DNA from: an uncultured Actinomycetes bacterium
GTDB lineage: Bacteria > Actinomycetota > UBA4738 > JBBDTT01
Assembly (NCBI GenBank): GCA_963742735.1
Contig: CAVUMN010000004.1
Span: 384,001 to 448,000, forward strand
DNA length: 64,000 nucleotides
Direction of reading: 5' to 3'
Under the pieces are notes generated by a model. The model searched no databases. It was not told where the DNA came from and saw only the letters and a program-made list of their open reading frames with translations. Positions 29,250 through 40,363 of this stretch are shown here, piece after piece (position 1 is the stretch's first letter; each line of letters begins with the position of its first letter). The translations under genes and the position numbers were made by a program.

Positions 29250-29898
29250 TCCCGGCCATGATAACCAACGGTCCACCACGATCAAGCAGGTCAGGCACCA
29301 CGCGCACCTCGCCGTCCTCTCCCACGAGCGTGCGTGCTACGCCCTCGGGGTCCTCCAGGGAACGGCCGGCGAAAAAGACCAGGCGACCTCCGGGCCTGAG
29401 CAGAGGCTCGGCCAGGCCCCACGTCCTGGCCAGCGGGGCAAACGCTCGGGCGAGCACCAGGTCCGCCCGCACCCCCATCTTCTCCACCCTGGCCCGCTCG
29501 ACGCGGACGTTCAGACCCAGCTCCGAGACCACGAGCTCCAGGAAGGCCGTCCGCCAGTGGCGGGACTCCACCAGCGCGAATGCCGTGTCCGGGCGCACGA
29601 TCGCCAGCGGGATCCCGGGAAGACCGGCCCCGGAGCCGAAGTCGTACGCGATGCGGTCGGTCTCTCGGATTTCGGCGGCGGCCCGCAGCGAGTCCAGCAC
29701 GTGGCGCTCCACGACACGCTCCTTGTCGGAGGTCCCGATGGCGCCGATCTCGATGGCCCGCGTGGAGAGCAGCTCGGCGTACCGGATCAGCTTGTCCGAC
29801 TGGTCTGGAGTGAGCTCGACGCCCAGCTTGGCGGCACCCCGCTCGAGGTCCTGTTTCACGTGAAACGGCTCTGGAGCCGACCCGGTGCCCTGTTTCAC
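29242..29898 (-). CDS. rsmG: 16S rRNA m7G methyltransferase
   Basis: RHVLDSL, DFGSGAGLPGIPLAI, ARAFAPL; start may be 29859. Confidence 0.92.
   Translation of the reverse strand: MKQGTGSAPEPFHVKQDLERGAAKLGVELTPDQSDKLIRYAELLSTRAIEIGAIGTSDKERVVERHVLDSLRAAAEIRETDRIAYDFGSGAGLPGIPLAIVRPDTAFALVESRHWRTAFLELVVSELGLNVRVERARVEKMGVRADLVLARAFAPLARTWGLAEPLLRPGGRLVFFAGRSLEDPEGVARTLVGEDGEVRVVPDLLDRGGPLVIMAGSV
29852..29867. promoter_or_regulatory. parS site 1
   Basis: TGTTTCACGTGAAACG, 15/16 match to the TGTTTCACGTGAAACA consensus. Confidence 0.93.
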
Positions 29899-29906
29899 GT
29901 GAAACG
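29891..29906. promoter_or_regulatory. parS site 2
   Basis: Identical 16-mer, offset 39 bp from site 1. Confidence 0.93.
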
Positions 29907-29910
29907 AACG

Positions 29911-30582
29911 TCAGTCGGGCCGACGGATGACCACGCGGCGGTCGGGATCCTCGCCCTCGGAGATCGTCTCCAGCCCCTCGCCCATCGCCGCGACGGCGTC
30001 GTGCACGATCTTGCGCTCGTAGGCGTTCATCGGCTCCAGCGTCTCCGGCCTTCCGCTGCTGCGAACGCGACCCGCCGCCTGGCGTGCCCGCGAAGAGATC
30101 TGGGAGCGGCGACGCTTCCGGTAGTCCTCGACGTCCACGAGCACCCGGCACCGCTGGCCGGTCTTGCGGGCGACGGCGCCCCGGACCACCTCCTGGAGCG
30201 CCTCGAGCGTGAGCCCGTGCTTGCCGATCAGCAGCCCCATCCCCTCGTCGCTCTCCGCGCCCCACACGTCGACGTACATGATGCCGTCCACGTAGGCAGG
30301 CTCCACGTCGACGTCGAGCTCCATGCGGTCGAACAGGCCGTCCAGGAAGTCCGCGGCAACCTCGGCCTGCTCCTCGAGCTCCTCGGTGGTGAGCTCCTCG
30401 GCCGGCGCGCGCTTCGAGCGCACGCGAACGATCGCCTCCTGGCTCTTCAGGCCGAGGAAACCACCGCGTGGCTCCTGCACGATCTGCACTTCGGCCTGCT
30501 GCTCGGTGATCCCGAGTTCCTCGAGGGCGGCCTCCAGGGCCTCCTCAACGCTTGCGGCGCTTCTTTCGACTTCCTCCGCCAC
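29911..30582 (-). CDS. jag: Jag/EloR RNA-binding protein (Jag_N, KH, R3H)
   Basis: SVEEAL..ALEEL, LLIGKHG.TLEALQ, PMNAYERKIVHD, SEGEDPDRRVVI. Confidence 0.93.
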   Translation of the reverse strand: MAEEVERSAASVEEALEAALEELGITEQQAEVQIVQEPRGGFLGLKSQEAIVRVRSKRAPAEELTTEELEEQAEVAADFLDGLFDRMELDVDVEPAYVDGIMYVDVWGAESDEGMGLLIGKHGLTLEALQEVVRGAVARKTGQRCRVLVDVEDYRKRRRSQISSRARQAAGRVRSSGRPETLEPMNAYERKIVHDAVAAMGEGLETISEGEDPDRRVVIRRPD

Positions 30583-31771
30583 TGCGTCCAGAACCTCCTC
30601 TGCCGGCAGGGTTCGAGCGTCGCTGCGCGGGCTGACCGGCTCCGGGCTTCTTTCCGTTGCCCTTGCCATCGCCCTTTACGACCTCCTTCGCCACCGCGGG
30701 CTTCTTGGAGCCGTCCGCGGCGGCGGCCTTGGCCTTGCTGCGCATCATCACGCGCTGCTGCCCGACCTGCCAAACGTTCGTGGTTACCCAGTACAGGAGC
30801 ACACCGGCGGGGATCGAGAACGAGATGAACCCCAGGAATACCGGCATGATCCTTCCCATCATCTGCATCTGGGGAGTGGTCTGCCCAGACATCTGCTGCA
30901 TCTGCTTCTGCTGATACCAGGTGGTGAAGACCATCCCGCCGATCAGCAGGTAGTAGGGGAACGCCCGGACCGGGCTCCCCGCAGTGTCGGCGCGCGAGCA
31001 CTGGCGGTGCTGCGCGGCCGAGCTCGCCTGGCTCGGCGAGCAGGCCAGCTCCATGCCCAGGAACTTGCTCCCGCGCTCGACGATGTCCTCGTAGAGCCTG
31101 CTGTCCTTCGGGAGATGCCCGGACCCCAGCGGCGACCGGCACACGAAATGATCGTCCTTCACCTCGCTCGTGGCCTCCGTCGGGAGGCACCTGAACATCT
31201 CCGGAGGGGCGGGGATCTCGGTCCCCGACTTCTGGTTCTGCCACCCCTCGACGTCGAATGTCTCATCCGTACCGTTCGAGCACTTGATCTCGTTCGAGCC
31301 CGGCGGCTCCAGCCGGGGGAGCAGGTTCACGTCTGCGTCCCCGGGGCTGGGCAGCCACGGCGCGCACACCGCGGTGTTCGGGATGTCGTCCGCGTTGAAC
31401 TCCACGGGCAGGGCCACGGCCGGCGTGGCGGCCCGGAGCACCGCGTACAGCGCGATGAAGAACGGGAACTGCATCAGCAGGGGCAGGCAACCGCCCAGCG
31501 GGTTGACCTTGTGCTCCTTGTAGACCTTCATCAGCTCCTCGTTGAGCTTCTGACGGTTGCCCTTGTACTTCCGCTGGAGCTCCTTGATGACCGGCTGGAT
31601 CTGCTGCATCTGCGCCATGGAGCGGGTCTGCTTGATCGTCAGCGGCAGCAGCGCGGTCCGGATCAGGATCGTGAGCAGGATGATCGCGATCCCGTATTGT
31701 TTGACGATATCATACAAGAACGCGAGGACCGTCCCGAACGCCCTGAGCAGCTCCCCTACGATCTGCTCCAT
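30545..31771 (-). CDS. yidC: Membrane protein insertase YidC
   Basis: YGIAIILLTILIR..LLPL, NPLGGCLPLLMQFP, PAGVLLYWVT.N. Confidence 0.95.
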   Translation of the reverse strand: MEQIVGELLRAFGTVLAFLYDIVKQYGIAIILLTILIRTALLPLTIKQTRSMAQMQQIQPVIKELQRKYKGNRQKLNEELMKVYKEHKVNPLGGCLPLLMQFPFFIALYAVLRAATPAVALPVEFNADDIPNTAVCAPWLPSPGDADVNLLPRLEPPGSNEIKCSNGTDETFDVEGWQNQKSGTEIPAPPEMFRCLPTEATSEVKDDHFVCRSPLGSGHLPKDSRLYEDIVERGSKFLGMELACSPSQASSAAQHRQCSRADTAGSPVRAFPYYLLIGGMVFTTWYQQKQMQQMSGQTTPQMQMMGRIMPVFLGFISFSIPAGVLLYWVTTNVWQVGQQRVMMRSKAKAAAADGSKKPAVAKEVVKGDGKGNGKKPGAGQPAQRRSNPAGRGGSGRSGGGSRKKRRKR

Positions 31772-32082
31772 CAGGCCGCCGCCCCGGTGCGACGTATGAC
31801 GCTGTCAATCACGGGCCGGCGCTCGCGGGGGGGCGGGACCGGGTCGGGCCCACCGGCGGACAGCGGCGAGCAGCGCGCCACCCGCCAGGCCGACAGCGCG
31901 ACTCCGCGGACCGCCCCGTGGGTCCGGATGGCCTCGGCCGCGTACACCGAGCACGACGGGTGGAAGCGGCACCGCGCCCCGAGCATCGGGCCGAGCGCCC
32001 GGTGGTACAGGCCGAGCACGCCCAGAAGCATGGCTCGCAGCGGCCAGCCCGCGGCGCGGAGGATCGATCGCATCGTCCTCAT
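31771..32082 (-). CDS. yidD: Membrane protein insertion efficiency factor
   Basis: CRFHPSCSVYA.EAI..HG..RG, RVARCSP...GG.DPVP. Confidence 0.93.
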   Translation of the reverse strand: MRTMRSILRAAGWPLRAMLLGVLGLYHRALGPMLGARCRFHPSCSVYAAEAIRTHGAVRGVALSAWRVARCSPLSAGGPDPVPPPRERRPVIDSVIRRTGAAA

Positions 32083-32411
32083 GCGGCCAGCACGCGGGCC
32101 CGCGCGAGCAGGCTCTCGAGTTCCGACGTCACCGCGTGCGCCCTCGCCCCTTCGATCGTTGGCCGCGCCACGAGAACCAGATCGTGGCCGTCGTCGACCC
32201 TCGGAGCGAGCGCCCGCCACGCCTCGCGCAGCAGGCGCCGGGCCCGGTTGCGCTGCACGGCCCCTCCGACCTTTCGGCCGGTGACGAAGCCGGCGCGCGG
32301 GGCCCCCTCTGAGGTCGCCACGTACAGTATCACCAGGTCCCCGCGCAGGGATGTGCCCGCGCTGAGCACGCGCTGGAAGTCGTCACGGCGGCGGAGGACG
32401 GGGGGCTTCAG
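32079..32411 (-). CDS. rnpA: Ribonuclease P protein component; start uncertain
   Basis: DFQRV, RAGFVTGRKVGGAVQRNRARRLLRE (RNR motif). Confidence 0.92.
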   Translation of the reverse strand: MKPPVLRRRDDFQRVLSAGTSLRGDLVILYVATSEGAPRAGFVTGRKVGGAVQRNRARRLLREAWRALAPRVDDGHDLVLVARPTIEGARAHAVTSELESLLARARVLAA

Positions 32412-32415
32412 GAGC

Positions 32416-32550
32416 TCAGGCGGAGAGCCGTTCGCGCCCTTTGGCGCGCCGGCGAGCAAGGATGGCGCGGCCGGCCTTGGTGCGCATCCGGAGCCGGAAC
32501 CCGTGCTTCTTCTTGCGCTTCCTGACGTTGGGCTGGTACGTGCGTTTCAC
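32416..32550 (-). CDS. rpmH: 50S ribosomal protein L34 (not in the ORF track)
   Basis: Manual translation [44 protein letters not shown]; AGGAGG RBS. Confidence 0.97.
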   Translation of the reverse strand: MKRTYQPNVRKRKKKHGFRLRMRTKAGRAILARRRAKGRERLSA

Positions 32551-32712
32551 GAGCGAGGCCTCCTCAGGCGGTGGAGTATAGGGGCCCCGGCGGGCAACGG
32601 CGCCGGCCGGGTCGTCTCGGGGCCGCCGCCGGCGAGAAAGAGCGTCAAAACCCCTCCGCGCCCTGTCATCGGCGAATACCCCGGTGCTATCATCCGCGCG
32701 CTTCCCGGCGAG

Positions 32713-32777
32713 TTATCCCCAGTTCGCCGCTTCCCCGCGACAGACCCACTCAGTATCCACACCTGTGGAAAGTGCTT

Positions 32778-32785
<8 letters not shown>
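32713..32785. promoter_or_regulatory. DnaA-box cluster upstream of dnaA
   Basis: TTATCCCCA 32713, GTATCCACA 32753, TGTGGAAAG 32764, perfect TGTGGATAA 32777. Confidence 0.85.
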
Positions 32786-34148
<1,363 letters not shown>

Positions 34149-34362
34149 TGGGGAAAACTCTGCGGCTTCGGTGGACGGATGGGCGCAAATCGCGGGGTTC
34201 GTTTACACGCGGTTCACGAACCGGTTTCCTTCCCGTCACTTCCCACAGCACGATTCGTGTCATTCCCCGCCGATACGCTGGGCGAATGAGGCTTATCCAC
34301 CTTTCCCCAGCCCCTACTGCATCTACTGGTTCGTATATCCATGAAGGGTTGGAGGTGTCGTT
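34149..34362. other. oriC with basal unwinding system
   Basis: dnaA-dnaN intergenic; TTATCCACC and CTTTCCCCA boxes (34293-34309), GCCCC, DnaA-trio-like TACTGCATCTACT (34315-34327), TATAT. Confidence 0.85.
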
Positions 34363-35469
34363 GTGAAATTCCGCTGCGATCGTGACGTTCTGGCCGACGC
34401 CCTGCAGACCGTTCAGCGAGGCGTCTCCGCACGCCCCGGCATCCCCGCCCTGACCGGGGTGCTCATGACCGTCGCCGACGGATCCCTCACGCTGTCGACC
34501 ACCGACCTCGAGGTCTCGACCGAGCTGACGGTCGAGGTCCAGGCGATGGAGGACGGCGTCGCCCTGGTGCCGGCCCGCCTGGCCTCGGACATCGTCCGCA
34601 AGCTGGATGCCGCCCCGGTCGAGTTCACGGTCACCGAGCAGCAGGCCACGATCTCCTGCGCCGCCTACGAGGGCCAGATCCGATGCCTGCCGGCCGAGGA
34701 CTTCCCGGCGCGCCGCGAGCCCTCCGGGATCAAGGTCACCGTCACCGCGGCCGAGTTCGCCGAGGCCGTCAAGCAGGTGGCCCGCGCCGCGTCGAAGGAC
34801 GAGGCGCGCCCGATCCTCACCGGCGTGCTGGCCGAGGCCAACCGCGAGGGGATCACGCTCGTCGCCACCGACTCGTACCGGCTGGCCGTCCGCGAGCTCA
34901 CCGCGAAGGGGGAGGGCGAGACGAAGGTGCTCATCCCCGAGCGGGCCATCACCGAGGCCGGCCGGGCTGCGGAGGCCATGGACAAGGGCGAGGTGGAGCT
35001 CCTGCTCGAGGACAGCCAGGCCACGTTCCGGGCCGGGCCCCTCACGCTCACATCGCGGCTCATCGAGGGCGAGTTCCCCTCGTACCGCCAGCTGATCCCC
35101 GAGGGCTACGAGAGCACCCTGAGCGTCAACCGCGTGCAGCTCATGGACGCGGTATCCCGGGTGGGCCTGCTGGCCCGGGAGAACTCGCCCATCCGGATGG
35201 AGTTCAACGCCCTGGGCGTCCGGCTGTCGTCGTCCTCGCCGGACCTCGGCGAGGCGGTCGAGACCGTGCAGGCCGACTACACCGGCGAGGAGGTCACCGT
35301 CGCGTTCAACCCGGGCTACCTGATCGACGGACTGAGCGCGTCCTCCGGCGAGAAGGCCAAGGTCGAGGTGCGCGACGGCCTCAAGCCGGCCCTGGTCAGG
35401 GGGGACACCGAGGGGTTCCTGTACCTGGTCATGCCGGTCCGCCTTCCGGAGCCGGTCCGGACCGCCTGA
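34363..35469 (+). CDS. dnaN: DNA polymerase III beta clamp
   Basis: TDLEV, RPILTGV, ATDSYRLA, SRLIEGEFP, FNPGYL, VMPVR. Confidence 0.97.
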   Translation: MKFRCDRDVLADALQTVQRGVSARPGIPALTGVLMTVADGSLTLSTTDLEVSTELTVEVQAMEDGVALVPARLASDIVRKLDAAPVEFTVTEQQATISCAAYEGQIRCLPAEDFPARREPSGIKVTVTAAEFAEAVKQVARAASKDEARPILTGVLAEANREGITLVATDSYRLAVRELTAKGEGETKVLIPERAITEAGRAAEAMDKGEVELLLEDSQATFRAGPLTLTSRLIEGEFPSYRQLIPEGYESTLSVNRVQLMDAVSRVGLLARENSPIRMEFNALGVRLSSSSPDLGEAVETVQADYTGEEVTVAFNPGYLIDGLSASSGEKAKVEVRDGLKPALVRGDTEGFLYLVMPVRLPEPVRTA

Positions 35470-35486
35470 GGGCGTTCCGGGGTCGC

Positions 35487-36569
35487 GTGCGCCTGGCCTG
35501 GGCGGAGCTCCGCGACTTCCGCAACCACCTCGAGACGCGCGTCGAGCCCCCGGACGGCCTGGTGGTGGCGGCGGGGGAGAACGGCCAGGGAAAGACCAAC
35601 CTGCTCGAGGGCCTGTACTACCTGTTCGCGCTGGAGTCGCCGCGAGCCTCGGCCGACGAGCCCCTGGTCCGCCGCGGCGCCGAGTCGGCGTTCGTCCGGG
35701 GTGAGGTGGTGACCGAGACGGGCCGGCTGCTGATCGAGGTGGAGGTCCGGCCTTCCGGCGCGAACCGCATGCAGCTGAACCGGTCCCCGGTCCGGCGCAA
35801 GCGCGACGTCCGGCGGGTGGCCCGGGCGGTGTTCTTCGGGCCCGACGACATCGCGATCGTCCAGGGCGACCCGGGGGAGCGCCGGCGGTTCATGGACGCC
35901 GCCGTGGTGGCCCTGTGGCCGCCGCGGGAGGCCGCCAGGACGGCCTACGAGAAGGCCCTGCGCCAGCGGAACCGACTGCTGAAGGAGTGGGACCGTCCGG
36001 GCGCCCCCGACTCGCTGGAGGCCTGGGACGACGAGCTGGTGCGGACCGGGGTGGCCCTCCTCCGCGACCGCGGGGAGGCCGTCGGCCGCCTGCAGGACGA
36101 GACCGCCGACACCTACGCCGAGCTGTCCGAAGGCCATGCCCTGGAGGTCCGCTACGAGCCGTCCGTGGAGCCGGGCCCCGACGCCGAGGACCGGTTCCGG
36201 ACCCGGCTGGCGGAGCGACGAGCCGACGAGCTCGCCCGGCGGACCACGCTGGTCGGGCCGCACCGCGACGACCTGGCGCTGTCGGTCCGCGACCTGCGGG
36301 CCCGCGCGTTCGCCTCCCACGGCGAGGCCTGGGCGGGGGCGCTGTGTCTCCGGCTGGCCCTGGGACGGGCCGTCGCCCGCGAGATCGGAGAGCCCCCGGT
36401 GCTGTTTCTGGACGACCCGTTCTCGGGGCTGGACCCGGGCCGCCGCCGGCGGCTGTCAGCCTCGCTGGTGGGCCGGGGCCAGGCCGTGCTGTCGGTACCC
36501 GACCGGGCCCAGGCGCCGGAGGGTGCCGAGGTGTGGACGGTGGAGGGTGGCCGTGTCCAGGCGGCCTGA
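35487..36569 (+). CDS. recF: DNA replication/repair protein RecF
   Basis: LRDFRN, GENGQGKTNLLE, GDPGERRRFMD, GPHRDDL, LFLDD. Confidence 0.95.
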   Translation: MRLAWAELRDFRNHLETRVEPPDGLVVAAGENGQGKTNLLEGLYYLFALESPRASADEPLVRRGAESAFVRGEVVTETGRLLIEVEVRPSGANRMQLNRSPVRRKRDVRRVARAVFFGPDDIAIVQGDPGERRRFMDAAVVALWPPREAARTAYEKALRQRNRLLKEWDRPGAPDSLEAWDDELVRTGVALLRDRGEAVGRLQDETADTYAELSEGHALEVRYEPSVEPGPDAEDRFRTRLAERRADELARRTTLVGPHRDDLALSVRDLRARAFASHGEAWAGALCLRLALGRAVAREIGEPPVLFLDDPFSGLDPGRRRRLSASLVGRGQAVLSVPDRAQAPEGAEVWTVEGGRVQAA

Positions 36570-36915
36570 CCGGCGTCCTCGGAGCGAGGACGTCCACGGG
36601 ATCGGGGAGATCCTCGACGGCCTGCTCGGGGAGAAGGCCATCGCCCGCGGCCTGCCGATCGGACGCCTGGCGGCCGGATGGCCCCAGGTGGTGGGCGAGA
36701 AGCTGGCCGAGGAGACCGCGCCGACGCGCCTGGAACGTGGCGTCCTGGACCTCATCGTGACCACCTCGGCGTGGGGCGCGCAGGTCCGGTTCCTGGCCTC
36801 CGACATCGCCCGGAAGGCCAACGAGCTGCTCGGATCCGAGGCCGTTCGGGAGGTTCGGGTCCGGACCGCCCCCGACCCGGCCCGAAAACCGCAAAATCGC
36901 ACGTCAGAGGCCTGA
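36553..36915 (+). CDS. DciA/DUF721 helicase-loader family protein
   Basis: WPQVVG..LA....P..L..G.L......SAW..Q; recF-gyrB position. Confidence 0.85.
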   Translation: MSRRPDRRPRSEDVHGIGEILDGLLGEKAIARGLPIGRLAAGWPQVVGEKLAEETAPTRLERGVLDLIVTTSAWGAQVRFLASDIARKANELLGSEAVREVRVRTAPDPARKPQNRTSEA

Positions 36916-36963
36916 TTTCGCCCCGGTCGTGTCGGTCCCCGGTGGTATACTTCGTGGTGCTGA

Positions 36964-38966
<2,003 letters not shown>

Positions 38967-38967
<1 letters not shown>

Positions 38968-39236
38968 TGGGATCGTCCGAGGGCGTGGCGAAGGCCGGAC
39001 GAACACCTCTGCAGGCAGTTCACGATGACGACCTCGACGGGCTCCTCCGCGATCTTGGACTCTTGGCGCGCTTCGAGCGCGGCGAGCTCACGTGCAAGTT
39101 CAGCGGCGATCCTGTTGGCCGGCACAACCTCCACTCGTTCTTCCCGGAGTCCGGAGACGTGAAGTTCGTGTGCGACAAGCCGGAGTGCATCGCGGCGGTG
39201 CGGCTCCTCCTCCAGGAGGGGAAGGTGTCGCTGTGA
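38967..39236 (+). CDS. Small hypothetical protein with Cys motifs (89 aa)
   Basis: ATG overlaps gyrB TGA; AVHDDDL..LL..LG, CKFS and CDKPEC; stop overlaps the next start (GTGA). Confidence 0.75.
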
Positions 39237-40363
39237 ACGCCCTCTTGATCGCGTTGGCGAGCTTCTTTGGGGGCTGGGTGCTGCTTTTCGTCCTGATGTT
39301 CCTCTTCCCCGAAAAGGCGCAGCAGTGGGGAGCCATCCTGGCCCGCATCGCCGAGAAGCTTCTCCGGCGGGGTGGGAAGGCGGCGGTGGCCTGGGACATC
39401 CAGGGCCGTGTCAACGCCTTCGGCAAGCGTCTGGCGAAGGAAGCCCCCGAGGTGGCGGAGCTTGGCGTGAAGGTCGAATGGATCGAGGGCGTTGACGATT
39501 CCAAGACGTTCATGCGCAGCAAGCGGCTCGTAGTGCGCATGCGTCGCGCTGACGACCAGGAGAAGAACTTCGTCCATGCGTGCATGGCAGTCCTCACTCA
39601 AGGATTCCTGCCCAAGGCCAAGCGCTACATCTCGCCCTCGCAGCGGGACGCCTTGGACCTCTTCGCAGCGAGGAAGCTCTTCGAGGCCGAGCGCCCGCGG
39701 GTCATCGACTCGTTCTTCGAGGAGTTCTACCAGCGGCGTGCGCTTGAGAACGAAACGGTGATGGAGCTACTCGACCAGTTCTCCATCGTCGACAAGGTCG
39801 GCCTTTTCTTCCCTGTTCTTGCACAGGAGCTGTGCTTCTTGGGGCAAAAGGTGTTCTACGGCCGCAAGAACGAGCAGATCGTGGCGGAGGTCGGCCAGTT
39901 TATCGACTTCCTCGAGCGATACGCCGATCGCAAGGTGGGGGACATGGAGGTCCCCCTCGAGTTCGAGGGACGCTACTGCCGTACGGGGATCACGATCATC
40001 GCCCTGAGGTTCAAGCGCGAGCTCGGGAACATCACCCCGTATGTGCGGCGCCTCGGACAGCTTCTCCAGCGTGGGCTCGAGCACCTCTATTTCGTCGGAT
40101 CCGGTGAGCCGGAGAATCGTCGCTTCATGGAGGCGATCGCGCGCGCGGCCGAGGAGGAGCACGGCCTGGAGATTCACTCCGTGAAGGAGTTTCGGGCGAA
40201 GATCCGTTTTGGTGACCAGCGCCGGGAGGTCTCCAACTACATGATCCTCATGCGCAGCAGCAGGATCGAGCGGCATTTCGACAAGGAGTACGAGCTCGGG
40301 GCATCCGCCGTACGGGTTGGTGCAGAGGCTGCGACAGCCCAGGCGACCCGAGAAGAAGAGTAG
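39233..40363 (+). CDS. Membrane-anchored hypothetical protein (376 aa)
   Basis: N-terminal TM then globular, protein-like composition; ends directly before gyrA ATG. Confidence 0.85.
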   Translation: MNALLIALASFFGGWVLLFVLMFLFPEKAQQWGAILARIAEKLLRRGGKAAVAWDIQGRVNAFGKRLAKEAPEVAELGVKVEWIEGVDDSKTFMRSKRLVVRMRRADDQEKNFVHACMAVLTQGFLPKAKRYISPSQRDALDLFAARKLFEAERPRVIDSFFEEFYQRRALENETVMELLDQFSIVDKVGLFFPVLAQELCFLGQKVFYGRKNEQIVAEVGQFIDFLERYADRKVGDMEVPLEFEGRYCRTGITIIALRFKRELGNITPYVRRLGQLLQRGLEHLYFVGSGEPENRRFMEAIARAAEEEHGLEIHSVKEFRAKIRFGDQRREVSNYMILMRSSRIERHFDKEYELGASAVRVGAEAATAQATREEE

